From NCBI GenBank assembly GCA_951406725.2, contig OX597828.1, positions 28,582,001-28,646,000 on the forward strand: a stretch of DNA of 64,000 nucleotides, read 5' to 3'. This DNA is from Octopus vulgaris. Its lineage: Eukaryota. How positions within the stretch are numbered: position 1 is the stretch's first letter; every line of letters begins with the position of its first letter. Made by a program: the position numbers and the translations under genes. The notes beneath the pieces are model-generated. The model made no database searches. It had not been told where the DNA came from and was given only the letters and a program-made list of their open reading frames with translations. Shown in pieces: positions 9,888 through 24,343 of this stretch.

Positions 9888-10146
9888 TAAACCCAATCTG
9901 TTTCTTAAACGAGGGACATATTCATACGGCACAGAATGTTTTTACCTCAATAGACGGCATTGATTGGTTGAAATTGCAGAAATTGAAGAAAAATAACAAC
10001 AAATATCTTACAAACTATAGAATTTTCTCTATATAGCCAAAAGAAAAAGATGTTTTATAAACACATTCTACCAGTATACGAAGTTTAAAAGTGTTTAGTT
10101 ACGTGGAAATTATTTTAAAAAACTGCCGTTCAAACCGAAAAGATCC
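9888..10146 (-). mobile_element. Partial copy of the GGATC-TIR MITE
   Basis: Reverse complement of the left about 260 bp of 25669-26077. Confidence 0.85.
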
Positions 10147-10400
10147 AGAGGATCTCACAGACAAAACTTCCTGTATGGTAATGAAAATGTTAGAAACTAA
10201 GATGCCTTTTGATATTTTAAATCGATATTGCTTTACCTTCTTATACGTAATTCTTTCTTGAATCTATACAGATATATTTCAATGAAAATAATGGGTCATA
10301 TACTAATATTAACTAATTTGTATCTTGTAATGAGAGAGAGAGAGAGACAGACAGAGAGACAGAATTGATGGCATTTCTTATTAAGAAGGATGTGCATAAC

Positions 10401-10436
<36 letters not shown>

Positions 10437-10962
10437 GTTTGTAACATAACTTCCAAACCGGAAGTCGGAAGTCATGTTACAAAAACAGATTTGACAAAAA
10501 TAATTACAGCGATTGTTACTTAAAATATTCCTCATTTCATTTTCTCTCATGGAGTTTGCCGTCAATATGATCGCTTCCATATTTTTAAGACTATGAACTC
10601 TGCTACATCTTTGTTAAGTATTTCTTGTTATTATAAACTGCTATCATTTTCTATTAATTTTAAGTATTCATCATGAACTGATTTGTTATTTTTCGTTGTA
10701 TTTTTATCACTCAAATAAATTTGCTATTCTGTGTGCATATAATCATTCTTGTTAAAACACTAGACTCCGTACTGTTGTTTTCATAAGAATTTCAACATGT
10801 CTTCTCTTTTGATCAATCCAAATGATAATGAAATCAAGGTGATTAATTCGTTTCCTAATCATTATTTTTTTTATCATCTTTCGTCAAAAGTTCTTAATAG
10901 ATTTGAATTTACTTACTTTGCGTGATGGTGTACCTATTATTATTATTATTATTATTATTATT

Positions 10963-11514
10963 GAGTGAGAGAGCAGTTCATGCCATCAAAGTGACACTGG
11001 GGTAAAATATACGAAGCCCAATATCGATATCCATCACGATACCCGTCTGATAAAGGTACACCAGGCACATGCATCACAACCACATGTGCGCGACATGGTG
11101 ATCTCATATCAAGATAAACAGCACATGACCTTGCAGGTGGGGCCCAGTTAGAATTTTCTTCAGGTTGAGTAGCCCATCCCGCTCAAACGGTCCCTGAATA
11201 AGGGTTGTTTAAGGATGTTGAAAGAACCACCCATGTTTCCAGAGCTGAACTATTCAAACCCCAAAGAATCCCTCTCAACACATGGCTATGATGCTCCCCC
11301 ACTACTTCTGCTCGTGATCAGAGATGCACATGTCGTCAGCCACTAAGGGACATGCTCAACTGGTTAAGGTCAAACAACTGACAAGCAAATCTGTGGTATT
11401 GAGCAGAATATTTGCTGTAGCCCATCTTTTATACCAAGACAAAACAATGTACATGATAACACTTCCAATCAGTTAAGATCAGAAGCCATGAGAGCCACTG
11501 CCTGGTACTGCATC
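10963..11514 (-). mobile_element. About 550-bp non-coding interspersed repeat embedded in (ATT)n
   Basis: Reverse-complement homologue of 41997-42552; ATT tracts on both sides. Confidence 0.85.
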
Positions 11515-11543
11515 TATTATTATTATTATTATTATTACTATTA

Positions 11544-11588
<45 letters not shown>

Positions 11589-11698
11589 TTTGCCTTTCAT
11601 CTTTCGGAGTTGATAGATTCAGTACCAGTGATACACTGGTGTCGATGTATCACTGTCCCCTGCCACAAATGTCAGGCCTTGTGTCTATAGTAGAAAGG

Positions 11699-11755
<57 letters not shown>

Positions 11756-11760
<5 letters not shown>

Positions 11761-12037
11761 AACCCTTCACTTCCAATGGAGTATAGGCCATCGACCCTGG
11801 GCTGTCTTTTCTATCTTCTCTCCAGTCTGACCTCCTGCTTCTTCAACACTGCCTCAGTAGCCCTCTTCGTAAGTTTCCTTGAGGGGAGGCCTTCCGCTCC
11901 CAGGTCTTGTTGGGTTTGAATTGTTATCGATGATTTTGTTTTTCTTATACAATCCAATCTGACCTGTCCAGCTTGCACTCCTCTGATATAGCTCTCAAGG
12001 GTCATTGAGACATGTAAGCCACTACACTACAATAAGG
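11756..12037 (-). mobile_element. Short RTE-derived bipartite element (RTE-type 5' end joined to RTE-type 3' end)
   Basis: Minus strand GTGGCTTACATGTCTCAATGACCCTTGAGAGCTAT at the 5' end and GATGGCCTATACTCCATTGGAAGTGAAGGGTTT at the 3' end; related to 57570-57894. Confidence 0.6.
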
Positions 12038-12060
12038 ACTGGATTTTGTTGTAGATGGTG

Positions 12061-12460
12061 GGATGTTTTCGGTTTGAACGGCAGTTTTTAAAAATAACTT
12101 CCACGTAACTAAACACTTTTAAACGTCGTATACTGGTAGAATATGTTTATAAAACATCTTTTTCTCTTGGCTTTATTGAGAAAATTCTATAGTTTGTAAG
12201 ATATTTGTTGTTTTTTTCTTCAATTTCTGCAATTTCAACCAATCAATTACGTCTATTGAGGTAAAAAAAAACATTCCGTGCCGTATGACTATGTCCCTCG
12301 TTTAAGAAACAGATTGGGTTTATTTACATTTCTGAAGAAAAAAGATACCCTTCCCCCACCCCTAACCCTACCCCTAACTAACCCTAATCCTAAAACAGAT
12401 TGAAATGCGATAGATCGATATTAGGGTCATAATTATGGGTGACAATTTCATATGACACCG
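12061..12460 (+). mobile_element. GGATC-TIR MITE, right TIR missing
   Basis: Colinear with 25669-26077, including the internal CCCTAA repeats. Confidence 0.85.
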
Positions 12461-12894
12461 TTTGTTTACATTCCCATAACTTACCGGTTCGGTAAAAGAC
12501 ACCGATAGCCTAAGTGCCAGACTTACATGTAAGTATTGAGTTCGATCAGTTCCTTCAAGGCTCACTTGATGAGGAGCCATTTCTCGTGCCTGTTCTAGGT
12601 GGTTGCCTGAACCGGAAAGAAATAGCAGCCAAATGTCATTCAAACTTCTTAAAATACTACACGTCAAAATGTGTATTAAGCATGGGTATTATTTTTCAAG
12701 AAGCGGGGCACATGGGACATGACTCGTCATCGGGCGGACCGCATTATTAAAAAAGAAAATAGACGAACAGAATAAGTACCAGATAGAAAAAGTAAGTCCT
12801 GGGGTCAATTTGTAAGACTAAACCCTTCAAGACGGTGCCCCAGCATGACCAAACAGCCATTCAAAAACTCATGCGGGCCGCAGGTTGCCCATGA

Positions 12895-12941
<47 letters not shown>

Positions 12942-12944
<3 letters not shown>

Positions 12945-13158
12945 TAATCCAAACATGAAAACACAAAGAGAAAACACAACAACGCGAGGACGTGGAACAA
13001 ATATAGTATTATTGGAGGCTCAGGAAGGAAGGGAAGAAGGAGGGTTTTTACGTTTCGAGCAGAGCTCTTCGTCAGAAACATAGGAAAAGAAAATATCCAG
13101 AGAAGGGAAGACGGAGGAAAAAAATCGCCAACGGTACACACGCGGTCACATTTTGAAT
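12942..13158 (-). mobile_element. Penelope-like element terminal (pLTR) fragment with minimal hammerhead motif
   Basis: Minus strand CTGACGA-A-GAGC tct GCTC-GAAACGTA at 13049-13075; homologous to 39053-39258; abuts (TA)n. Confidence 0.7.
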
Positions 13159-13419
13159 GGGACATGACCCGTCATCAGGTGGACCGCATTATATATATAT
13201 ATATATATATATATATTAGTCTACAGTCCACTTTTACTGAAAAGAGACAGGATGGTCCTAGCTGGAATCTTTTTGATCGTAATAGGACTTGTTTGATCAG
13301 GGCCACGTGGAGGTTAAACGACGTTATCAAATAAATAACACTAACAACGGCCAGAAACGAAGATTATGCAGTTTGGTGAAATAAAGAACAATTACTGTCT
13401 CTGTCGTTCTCTCCCTCTT

Positions 13420-13616
<197 letters not shown>

Positions 13617-14227
13617 AGCAATCTGAAGCCATTCATCATTTTTAAGACATGTGAGAGGATAGTGATGGTGATAATGGCCAGTAATGGCTAGTAGCTGTGG
13701 CAGTGATGGTGGCTGCAGTCTAAGGCGGCGGCGGCGGAGGTGGTGGTGGTGGTGGTGGTGGTAGTAATTATGATAGTGGTTTCGTAGCAGATATGATGGT
13801 GTTTTGCTGGAGGTGATGGTTAATATTACGGCAATAATACGCTAATGATGATGGCGATGGCCATTGTGGTTGTGTTTGTTACAGCGATAGTATAGTGGTA
13901 GTGGTGGTGATGGTGATAGTAGTAGTAGTAGGAGAGAGAGAAAGAGAGAGAGAGTATTATGGTGGTCTTAGTGGCATTCTGTCTACTGATTGGTGGGTTT
14001 CTAGTTCAAAACTACGTATCTTCCATTGCATTACTCTTTATCTAAAGCGGCTATCACAAGGAGAATGTCCTGGCAAAACACACGCATACACAGATGTACA
14101 CAGGCAAAGATTCACATACACGCACACACATCTGTAACCATATAGAAAACATATACAGACACAAAAAGATCCATGCACACACACCCACACCCACAAATGT
14201 ATCTACATGGAAAACACACACACACAC

Positions 14228-14286
<59 letters not shown>

Positions 14287-14387
14287 CAGACATATATCTA
14301 TGCATAAATGTATATATATATATAAACTCAGACATATACCTATGCATATATATATATATATATATATATCCGTACATATTTATGTTG

Positions 14388-14427
<40 letters not shown>

Positions 14428-15695
14428 GTGTGTATCCATATATGTATCCAAGCTCAGACATACACACAAAGTATACACATACACAAACACATATCTACAC
14501 ACACACACACACACACATCCATATACTCCATCATTAAGTTTTGATAGTCAACACCGACTATTTTAACAGCGATGAAGATAAACATCAAATGATGTACTAT
14601 TATTGATTTTTGTATTTTTCTGCTGGGCACGTAGCCAACACATTGTGAAGTGGAAGAGGACGGGAGAAATTATAGCTGATTCATTTAAGTATCGCAGAGT
14701 ATGACTGGTAGTTATTATAATGCTCCTGTCTTATCATATTACCCGTGGATAACCACATGGAATCTCCCTGGGAATATAGGCATAATATATTTTGGTAAAT
14801 ATATGGGTTCAGTCTCACAGCGTGACACTTTGGGCAAGCGTCATCTACAATATAACCACCGGTCGACCAAAGCCTTGTGAGTGGATTGACGGGTTACATG
14901 ACGTACTGATGAAAGAGCAATAACACTTGAAATTTGCATATACATCCATTCCCTAGATTTTCTATCTTCGATCTAATTGTTTAGAAACGTCGTAATACTA
15001 AGATGTGGAAAGTAGATTGACTCTTTCATTTCGGTAACAACGAAGAGAGACTGGCTTTTCATGATGTAATTGAGTTACTTAGCTATAAAAAAAAGAAAAG
15101 CGGGTCTGAAACAGCATTAAACCTCTTTGTGTTCTTATTTTATATAAGCCCCATTCCTGGAACCTTCTCTGTGTTGGATCTAGAACATACAGTGGATCGT
15201 GAAACTGCATACCGGCGTGCATTGGTATATAATTTCATGTATATCTATACGCATATTTATATTCGTGTGTGCAGGTACATGTATGTGTAAGTGTATCGAT
15301 ATATCCGAGTATGCATGGGCACATACGGGTATGTTTATATAGGGTAGATACACGGATATGCTAATCTCGAGCATGACTTGGTGTCCTTAATTTTCAAATA
15401 TCTTGATTCGAATGAATCCTACAAATAAATATATATATGGATGTGTAAGTATATAAATGTGTGTGTGTGTGTCTTTCTGTTTGTCCTCCACCCCACTCCG
15501 CTTACATCTGGTGTTGGTTTGCTTACGTCCCTTTAGCGGTTCGTAAAATGACGCCGATAGACAAAGTACCAGGTTAAAAAAAAATTATAAATACTGGAAT
15601 CGATTCGTTCGACTAAACTTCTTTAAAGCGGTGCCCCAGCATGGCCGCAGTCAAATGACTAAAACAAAAAATAAAAGAAAGACAACACATACGAA

Positions 15696-16080
15696 GCGCA
15701 GGCGAGACTGTGTGGTGAGAAGTTTGCTTCCCAACCACATGGTTTCAGGTTCAGTCCCACCGTGTGGTACACTGGGCAAGTGTCTTCCGTTATATCCTCG
15801 GGCTGACCAAAGCCTTGTGAGTGGATTTGGTAGGCGGAAACTGAAAGAAGCATGTCATATATACATATGTGTGTTTGTCCGCCACCACCGCTTGACGACC
15901 GGGGATAGCGTGTTTACGTCTCCGTAACCATAGCGGTTCGGCTAAAAAAGACTGATAAAATAAGTACCAGGCTTAAGAGACATATGTACTGGGGTCATTG
16001 TGTTCGACTTAGATTCTTTAGTCCAGTGCCCCAGCATGGTCGCAGTCCAATGACTGAAACAAGCAAAAAAAATAAAAGCA
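15696..16080 (+). mobile_element. SINE family A, older full-length copy
   Basis: Head plus GTGCCCCAGCATGG(C/T)CGCAGTC tail module. Confidence 0.8.
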
Positions 16081-16199
16081 AGATAAACCATATCAACTGA
16101 TACAAAAAACGTCTTTAAATATGGAGGCTATTTTTGTTGATATGGGTTTGAAAGAAATCTTAATAGTGAGTCTGAAGGGCTCGTAATAATCCTTTTTGT

Positions 16200-16615
16200 T
16201 AAAGACACAAGGCCTGATATTTTGGGGGAAATTGGGTTATTCGATGATATAGACCCCAGCGTTTAACTGGTGCCTATTTTGCCGACCCTTGAAAGACGAA
16301 AGGTTAAGTCGACCTCGGCGGAATTTGAACTCAGAACGTGAAGACGGATAAATGCTTCTAAGCATTTTTACCCAATGTGTTAACGATTTTGCCCGCTCGT
16401 CGCCTTGAACGATGGCTTAAAATTTTGTCACAAGGTCAGAAAGTTTCGAGAAGGGGGTTAAGTCGATTACATCGACTCTAGTGTTCAACTGGTTATTATT
16501 TTTATCGACCCCCGAAAATCAACCTCGGCGGAATTTGAGCTTAGAACGTGGAGACAGACGAAATACCATGAAGCATTTTTAACTGACGCGTTCACGATTT
16601 TGCCAGTTTGCCATC
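16200..16615 (-). mobile_element. Two tandem diverged SINE family B copies
   Basis: ACCTCGGCGGAATTTGA core present twice. Confidence 0.75.
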
Positions 16616-18045
16616 TGAAATGCTCTTAGTAGTGAGAAACTAACCAAGAAAGAATATGCAAAACTTTATAAGCAACCCAGCAATTTACAAAAGTGAGCAA
16701 AAGAGTTCTCTCTCTCTCTCTATCAGCAAGAATGTATTTTGGCTTTTTGTAATAACATAAGCTTATAAGATAGTCCATTGTTTGGCTTAACTCATATTCC
16801 CCTTTCTTTTTGTATAATTTCTGATCGCCAGTGCAGGGTGGAATGCTCAATCCAAAACATTTATGGTTCAAATTTGTACAACGAATCCACCATCAGTAAA
16901 CTATTTTCATGGGAAAACAATCGTTATCATGCCGGACGAAATGCTTACCCCAGCATTTCGTCCGTCTTTACGTTCTGAATTCAAATTCCGCCAAGGTTGA
17001 CTTTGCCTTTCATCCTTTTGGAGTCGATGAAATAAGTACCAGTGATACACTGGTGGTTGATGTAATCCCCCAAAGTTTCAGTCACTGGACAGCGGCCATA
17101 CTGAAGGGTTTCAATCAAACAAAACGACCTATTTTTTAAAATTTAAAGCCTGGTACTAATCCTAAGTATGGCAAAAGGTCAGCAACTTGAGGGTTTGTCG
17201 ATTACATCGACCCAAGTACTCGACTGGTACATAGTTTATCAACATTGAAAGGATGAGTGTAAAGTCGATCTCGTCGGCAGTTGTACTTGGAGCGAAAAGC
17301 AGGAAGAAATGCCGCTGAGCATTTTCTCAGGCGTTCTAAGGATTCTACCAGTTCGCCGACTTCGGCATTTGGAATATTAGCAGGTTTTTATATAATCATC
17401 TCTCAATGGGAAAATACAGCCAATCAAACCTTGCGTTTAGATTGAAGATAAGTGGTTGGCATTAGCGACGAGATTTTCGGGAAGATACCGGATGTCGATG
17501 CGGAGGAATGGACTGACAGTTCGGAAAGAGTTTCACTCAGTAGTCTTGAGACAACTTGTAGATATTTTTGGTGGCGATGGTACCGAGGATGAAACAATCG
17601 CCTTTTAAGGATAAAATATACAGGAATGAAGTACCGGCTGCAGCTCCTCTCCGAAATGAGTGCAGAGCGACGAAAGGCATTTTGTATGCACCCGTGCAAG
17701 GCAACCCTTGGTGAGGATCCCTTACCGATTTTCTTTAGCAAGGAAGGGCAACAGGCAAGTCGCTTCTGTACGATAGCTATAGTGACTGAGATTGTAAAGT
17801 GGACAATATTGAAAGGACTTAGACCTTAACAAGCAAGATGAGGACAAATATCGTCAAATGTAAATAATGTACATAATTCCTCATCTCTTAAATATAGAAG
17901 AGTATTGTACTGTATGTTTTTTTTTATTATTTTAATAATTTGTATGTATTTATTTTATGATAAATGCAAAACTACACCGCGGAGGAATCGTCGTAAGCTT
18001 AAATAATAAACCGCGATAGGAGAACCGCGATATGGCGAGGGATTA

Positions 18046-18150
<105 letters not shown>

Positions 18151-18767
18151 GGAGATAGAATGTGATGGGAAGAGAGAGAGGGAGGTGAAGATGAAGAGTA
18201 GAAAAGAAAGAAATTCCTGTTGCTGTTTCGCTTTTCAAACATGCAATGATTTTTGGTCATTTAATCTGTTCCAGGTTTTTTTATGTTTCAATATTGTCAA
18301 CAGGTGTAAAAGCAGAATCGTTACGGCGCCGAGCAAAATATTTAGCGGCATTTCGTCCGTTTTTTTATGATCTGAGGGTCAAATTCCGCCTTTCATCTTT
18401 TCCGAGTCGATAAAATAAGTATCACCTTGAGCACTGGAGGCGGTGGTGGTGGTGGTGGTGGTGATGGTTCGATTTAATCGACTTATGGCCTCCCGCGAAT
18501 TTGCTGGCCTGGTGCCAAAATTCGAAAGCAAAACCGTCAATGGATGCACGAACAGTTAATCATATGAAACTATGCAACATGCTGATAGATAGACCCACCA
18601 GTGACATGGACGTGTGCATGTGTAGATACAGGCGTATACACAAAAATGCATAGACGAATATATGTACATACAGAAAAAGCTATGGTCCCTACACATGTAT
18701 ACACACACGCACACACACGCATATACATACATACATACATACATACATACATACATACATACATACA

Positions 18768-18803
<36 letters not shown>

Positions 18804-19563
18804 TCTTAGTTCTAAACTTAATTTCTTTCATGTAAATCATTTAAGTTTACCTAACGTGTGTGCGTATAAATATATATATACATATATAAATATACGTACG
18901 TATATAGATATACTGTAGTTTTAAACTTAATTTGTTGATTAAGTATACTTTATAAATGTACACATATACACACGCATATATATAATGTATGCATGTATGT
19001 ATTAAAATTGTCATAGATACGCACAAAGATATTTTCAGATGGTGTTGGAATATCTTTTACACTGGCGAAGCTGGGGAGTTGTGTGTGTGTGTGAGATGTA
19101 TTTTGATGTTAATTCTACTTCACCAATTCCTTTTCTTACCAGACGTTTCTTGAAGTGGAGAATGTAACCGCAGGGTAATGGAATTTCTCAGGGTACCAAA
19201 TTCACAAAATGCTTTTGAAATATTGGTAATGTGCCAAGTCAATAGCGGGTGAGAAAGTCAGGATAGAGATGGGTTGGGTTGTTCCGCCATCTTCTTTTAC
19301 TTGGGCGGGAAACTATGAGTTTACCCCCGCAGGTCATATCTACATATGCATGTATCTACCACGTTAGAATGTATCTACGTAAGTATATATCTCCGTATGT
19401 ATGTGTGTCTATGTTAAAATGTATTTACGTAAGTGTATAATATACATATATATGCATACATGCATGTATATCTGTATATATATATATATATATACATGTA
19501 CGTATGCTTATAACTTCGTATGTATATGCTAATACATGTATGGATGTATATTACAATATTATG

Positions 19564-19650
<87 letters not shown>

Positions 19651-19651
<1 letters not shown>

Positions 19652-19709
19652 GATATAAATCTCAATGCGTGTATATATATATATATATATATAATATAAA
19701 TCTCAATGC

Positions 19710-19757
<48 letters not shown>

Positions 19758-19775
19758 GCTTTGAGATTTATATCA
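19651..19775. repeat. Inverted repeat enclosing (TA)n tracts
   Basis: TGATATAAATCTCAATGCGTGTATA at 19651 and its reverse complement (1 mismatch) ending at 19775; extra direct copy at about 19694. Confidence 0.85.
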
Positions 19776-20174
19776 ACCACGCATACGCTCGCATACACAC
19801 ATGCCAAAACGACACACACATACACACACAGAAACATTAAATTAATACACATGCATACATCATACATAACGAACCGCCACTACTCATTGTCTTCCATACT
19901 TCACCTAAGACAATCATAAGCCACCACTTAAATTCAAATACATTATAACAGCCATACAATTTTTTTACACTTTTCCGACAAGACTCTCTTCAACTTTTAT
20001 TTTATTATTTTTTTCCCTTCCCGCTTTTTACAAAGCATCTTTCTTTCGTATACAACTTGTTAACATTATTGACATTGGTTTCTTTCTTCTTCGTCTTCAT
20101 CTTCATCTCATTGCATTCATTGTATATGAAGATGTGACCAAAACAATAACAAACCAAAGTATAACAACTACAAT

Positions 20175-20210
<36 letters not shown>

Positions 20211-20729
20211 AACTACGATAAACAGAGTGAACGAGAAAAAAGTCCATAACTACTTTCTAATGGATAACTGTTCGATAAAGGATTATTCAAATGAAGATCG
20301 ATAAACAAACATACCGCCGTCTTAGTCGTTGTCATCATCATCATGATGGTTGTCATTTTTATCACCACCACTCCCATCAACATCGCATAATTGTCATCGC
20401 TTCATCATCATCATCATCATAATTTTTATCACCAGCACCACCACCACCATCCCCGTCACAATCATGCGATTCTTTCTAATTTCGACACAAGGACAACAAT
20501 TTGAGGGGAGGGACAAGCCGATTACTACATCGACATTCCCCCCTCCCCCTCCCCACCCCCCAATATTTAATTAGAACTTTATTTTATCGACACCGAAAAG
20601 ATGAAAGGGAAAGTTGACTTCGGCGGGATTTGATCTCAAAAAGTAAGGAGCTGGAAGAAATACCGCTAAACATTTAGTTCGATGCTTTAACGATTCTGCC
20701 AGTTCACTATCACATAACTGCCATCATCG

Positions 20730-20763
<34 letters not shown>

Positions 20764-20999
20764 CATATTCCTCTTCCTCATCATCATAAATAACAATAAT
20801 TGTCATCATCACTTCTTCCATCACCATTATCATCACCACCACCACCACCACAAACATCACTTTTTGTGATCGCATCATCATCATCATCATCATGTTTGTC
20901 ACTCTCTCCCCGCCATCATCATCATCATCATCTTTGTCGTGGTGGTTGCCATCTTTCGTACCCTGCCTCCTCTATTCTTTCATCGCTCTTTTATCGTCA

Positions 21000-21718
21000 C
21001 AAGAGATGAAAGAAGGCTGAATTCGATGCGAGAATTGCAGGGTTGCTGATGTAGCAATGCATCAGCATTACTCTCAGCTCCAGCTGAGAATAGAGGTTGG
21101 TAAAAAAAAGCCAAACTTGCTATCTTCGAATCGGTTTTCGTGTCTATCCTCACTCATGGTGATGTATTAGGTTGTCCCAAAAGTTCGTAAACACTTGCGA
21201 AAATTGAATTTTTACTCGTCAAGTACTAACAAAAACAACAAAAATTATTCCTCAAAATAAAGACCATTATTTTCCAAGACTTTCTACGAACTTTTGGGAC
21301 AACCTTATATTTTGGTTAATAACCGACAAGTACGATCGCGAACACAAGTGGCCTAAATCGGATTCCTCCGATGGATTTCCGGAGTAACGTTATTCGAGAG
21401 CTTGCGTAGCTCGGAAATCAGGGAGTCTCACCAGGTCGAGCCGGAATTACCTCGCGTTGAGAAGTCACAGGTTCGGGATATGTGATTAGAATGTGGCAGG
21501 AAAGAATCGCAAGATGGATTCTTCAAGCCGAGCAAACCGGCAAGAATCCTAGGAATAGACCAAGAAAGAAATGGTTGAATAATATCTATGGCCTCAGTTG
21601 GTCGCGCCTGGCAAACTATCCGAGAAGTCTAATGACGGTTGCCTCTGATAGGACTCTATGGAGAAGGTACTTGAGAACTCTCCCAGAAATAGTGGACGGA
21701 GAAGATGGGTGAATGGAT
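21000..21718 (+). pseudogene. RTE-clade (Expander-like) LINE 3' fragment
   Basis: AKLAIFESVFVSILTHG..GFLRWISGVTL..LRSSEIRE..VIRMWQERIARWIL..TGKNPRNRPRKKW; ends in a GATGG-like tail. Confidence 0.8.
21167..21307. mobile_element. 141-bp Tc1/mariner-type MITE inserted in the RTE fragment
   Basis: TIR AGGTTGTCCCAAAAGTTCGTA/TACGAACTTTTGGGACAACCT with TA on both flanks. Confidence 0.9.
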
Positions 21719-22059
21719 CCAAATTTTTCTCATTATAAAACTTGTCCATACACTGTACTCCTTAGGGCTCATTACGGTACGTCGGTGAGTGCAACATGTT
21801 CCTGAGTTAGACAGAGACATCGTATAACTAGTGAGATAGATAAGTAGCTAGTGCCATCCATGTTATAGCAATATTCGGCCAACGGTGACCAATGGTTACA
21901 CGAGAACAGAAATGGTTACAGTATCATCATCATCGTCGGTGGCGTTATCTTCGCTGTACTTCGCACTACTTTTTAAAAATTAATCCTCCAATAATTAACA
22001 TCATTATTATTACCATTAGCACTTTCTCCTCACTGTTTAAACGTCTCTCTCTCTCTCTT

Positions 22060-22125
<66 letters not shown>

Positions 22126-22159
22126 TCTCACACACACAAAAATTGTGTGATGTTGAAGA

Positions 22160-22266
22160 TTAGGCGCAGATGACGGAAAATCGACCGGTTTGGAAAGAGG
22201 TGATCAACAATAGTTTTAAAGCATTTGAAATGCTGAGAATCGAACGCTCCGTCTTGAAACGAGCAC

Positions 22267-22313
<47 letters not shown>

Positions 22314-22400
22314 TGTGTGTGCTTGAAAATATCTTTAACACCTGCGGTAGGCTCTGTTTGTGCGAACACCGGACTTGCTAGTCATATGAGATCACAGGAT
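22160..22400 (+). pseudogene. RTE (BovB-like) C-terminal fragment
   Basis: NRPVWKEVINNSFKAFEMLRIERSVLKRAL and GLASHMRS zinc-finger-like end, separated by (GT)n. Confidence 0.6.
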
Positions 22401-22584
22401 AGCATTTAATAATTGAAGAGATGGCCTTCTTCTATGAAGAACTGGCAATCACCATATCCACCCACGCACTCACATAAAAACAAATGCAAAATTACAATAA
22501 AGCTCGAAGAGGCGTCTGAGTTAACTTTATTAGGTTGACACTCAGGGTAGGAGTGAAGTGACACAGAGTGAAAGTCTAATGTTC

Positions 22585-22655
<71 letters not shown>

Positions 22656-22658
<3 letters not shown>

Positions 22659-22870
22659 TGAAAGAGGTACAGTGAACCTGTCGTGAGGGGCGGAACATCT
22701 AACGTTTCGGATTCAATCCCTCGTCAGGGGGCAGAGAAAAAGAGAAAGCAAAGTCAAACAAAGCCTACATCCTCTCAACTTGAAAAGCCGGTTGCAACCG
22801 ACATTTTTTCTATATTTTTTCAAGTCAATATTTGTTTTAATCTGCCGCCGCAGATTATAGCCTGATTACT
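22656..22870 (-). mobile_element. PLE terminal fragment with hammerhead-like core
   Basis: CTGACGA-G-GGATT g AATCC-GAAACGTT at 22701-22727 (minus); abuts (TA)n. Confidence 0.55.
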
Positions 22871-22881
22871 GTACACACACG

Positions 22882-22940
<59 letters not shown>

Positions 22941-23184
22941 GCACACGCACACAGACATTTATGTGTGTGTATATAGAATTGTCATCGTCATTTTAATGTT
23001 AACTTTCTTATATCTGCATGGGTTCGACGGGGTTTATTGAAGCAGGTTTTCTACGACCGGATGTCCTTCCTGTTGCCAACCATCACCTATTTTCAATAAA
23101 ATAATATTTTCATACCGAGACGTGTCTACGCACAATACTGGAAATGAATGACAGCGACACTCTTTTACAACTATTAAATAATGT

Positions 23185-23266
<82 letters not shown>

Positions 23267-23296
23267 AAGAGAGACACTCACACACGTGAAGGTCAA

Positions 23297-23633
23297 GGCG
23301 CATGGCTCAGTGGTTACAGCATCGAGCTTACAATCACGAGATAGTGAGTTCGATTCCCGGACTGGGCTGTTCTTGAGCAATACACTTTATTTCACGTTGC
23401 TCCAGTTCACTCAGCAGTAGAAATGAATTGTGACGACACTAGTGCCAAGCCGCATCGGCCCCTTTGCCTTTCCCTTGGATAACATTGGTGGTGTGGAGAG
23501 GGGAGGCTGGTATGCATGGGCAGCTGTTACTCTTCCATGTACAACTTTGCCCAGACTTGTGATTCAGAGGAGGGGGACTTTCTAGGTGCAATCCCATGGT
23601 CATTTATGATCGAAGTGGGGTCTTTAACCTTTA
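23297..23633 (+). mobile_element. tRNA-derived SINE (family D)
   Basis: A box TGGCTCAGTGG, B box GAGTTCGATTCCC; central GTTGCTCCAGTTCACTCAGCAG; related heads at about 58335 and 58770. Confidence 0.7.
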
Positions 23634-24132
23634 TATACGATGAGCTTCTTTCAGTTTTCGTTTATCCCAGGGCTTTAGTCGGCATGTGGAATGTAATAGA
23701 GACGTTTGCTCAAAATATCACGCAGTGAGACTGAATGAGAAAACTTATGCTGAAGGAGTAACCTCCTTAACAACACATCCGACGGAAAAAATACATGCGC
23801 GATTCGAACACTGTGCCTATTGTAAATCGTGCAACTGTTCTAACCACTACACCAAAACGACATCACAACTCTTGATCGCATAAATTATGTAACTACAGAA
23901 AAATGTCGGGTGAAATTCTGCAAAACTTTTGTCCGATGCTCTAACAATTCTGTCAGGTCGACATCCTAATAATAATGATAGCTATTTTCCAATTATTTGT
24001 AATTTTTGAGGGGAGGGGAAAGTCGATTACATAGACCTCAGTATTTGACTGGTATCTGTTTTATCGCGGAATTTGAACTGAAGACGCAAAGACAGGCGAA
24101 ATTCAACTAATGATTCTGCCAGCTCTTTGCCT

Positions 24133-24182
<50 letters not shown>

Positions 24183-24343
24183 CTTTCTTCTATAAGTACA
24201 AGGCTTGAAATTTTGGGTGAGAAAGGTTGACGATTACATCGACCCCAGTGCGCCACTGGTACTTATTTTATCGACTCCGGAAGTATATAAAGCAAAGTCG
24301 ACTTCAGTAGAATTTGAATTTGGAAGATAAAAAAACAAGAAAG

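Noticed and set aside
10438-10483. Tandem ETS-like GGAAGT motifs in a short palindrome
   Set aside because: Short, adjacent to a microsatellite, with no associated exon; could be a transposon remnant or chance
17424-17900. 105-aa minus ORF as a host exon
   Set aside because: No recognisable domain; context suggests a fragment of an interspersed repeat, family not assignable from sequence alone
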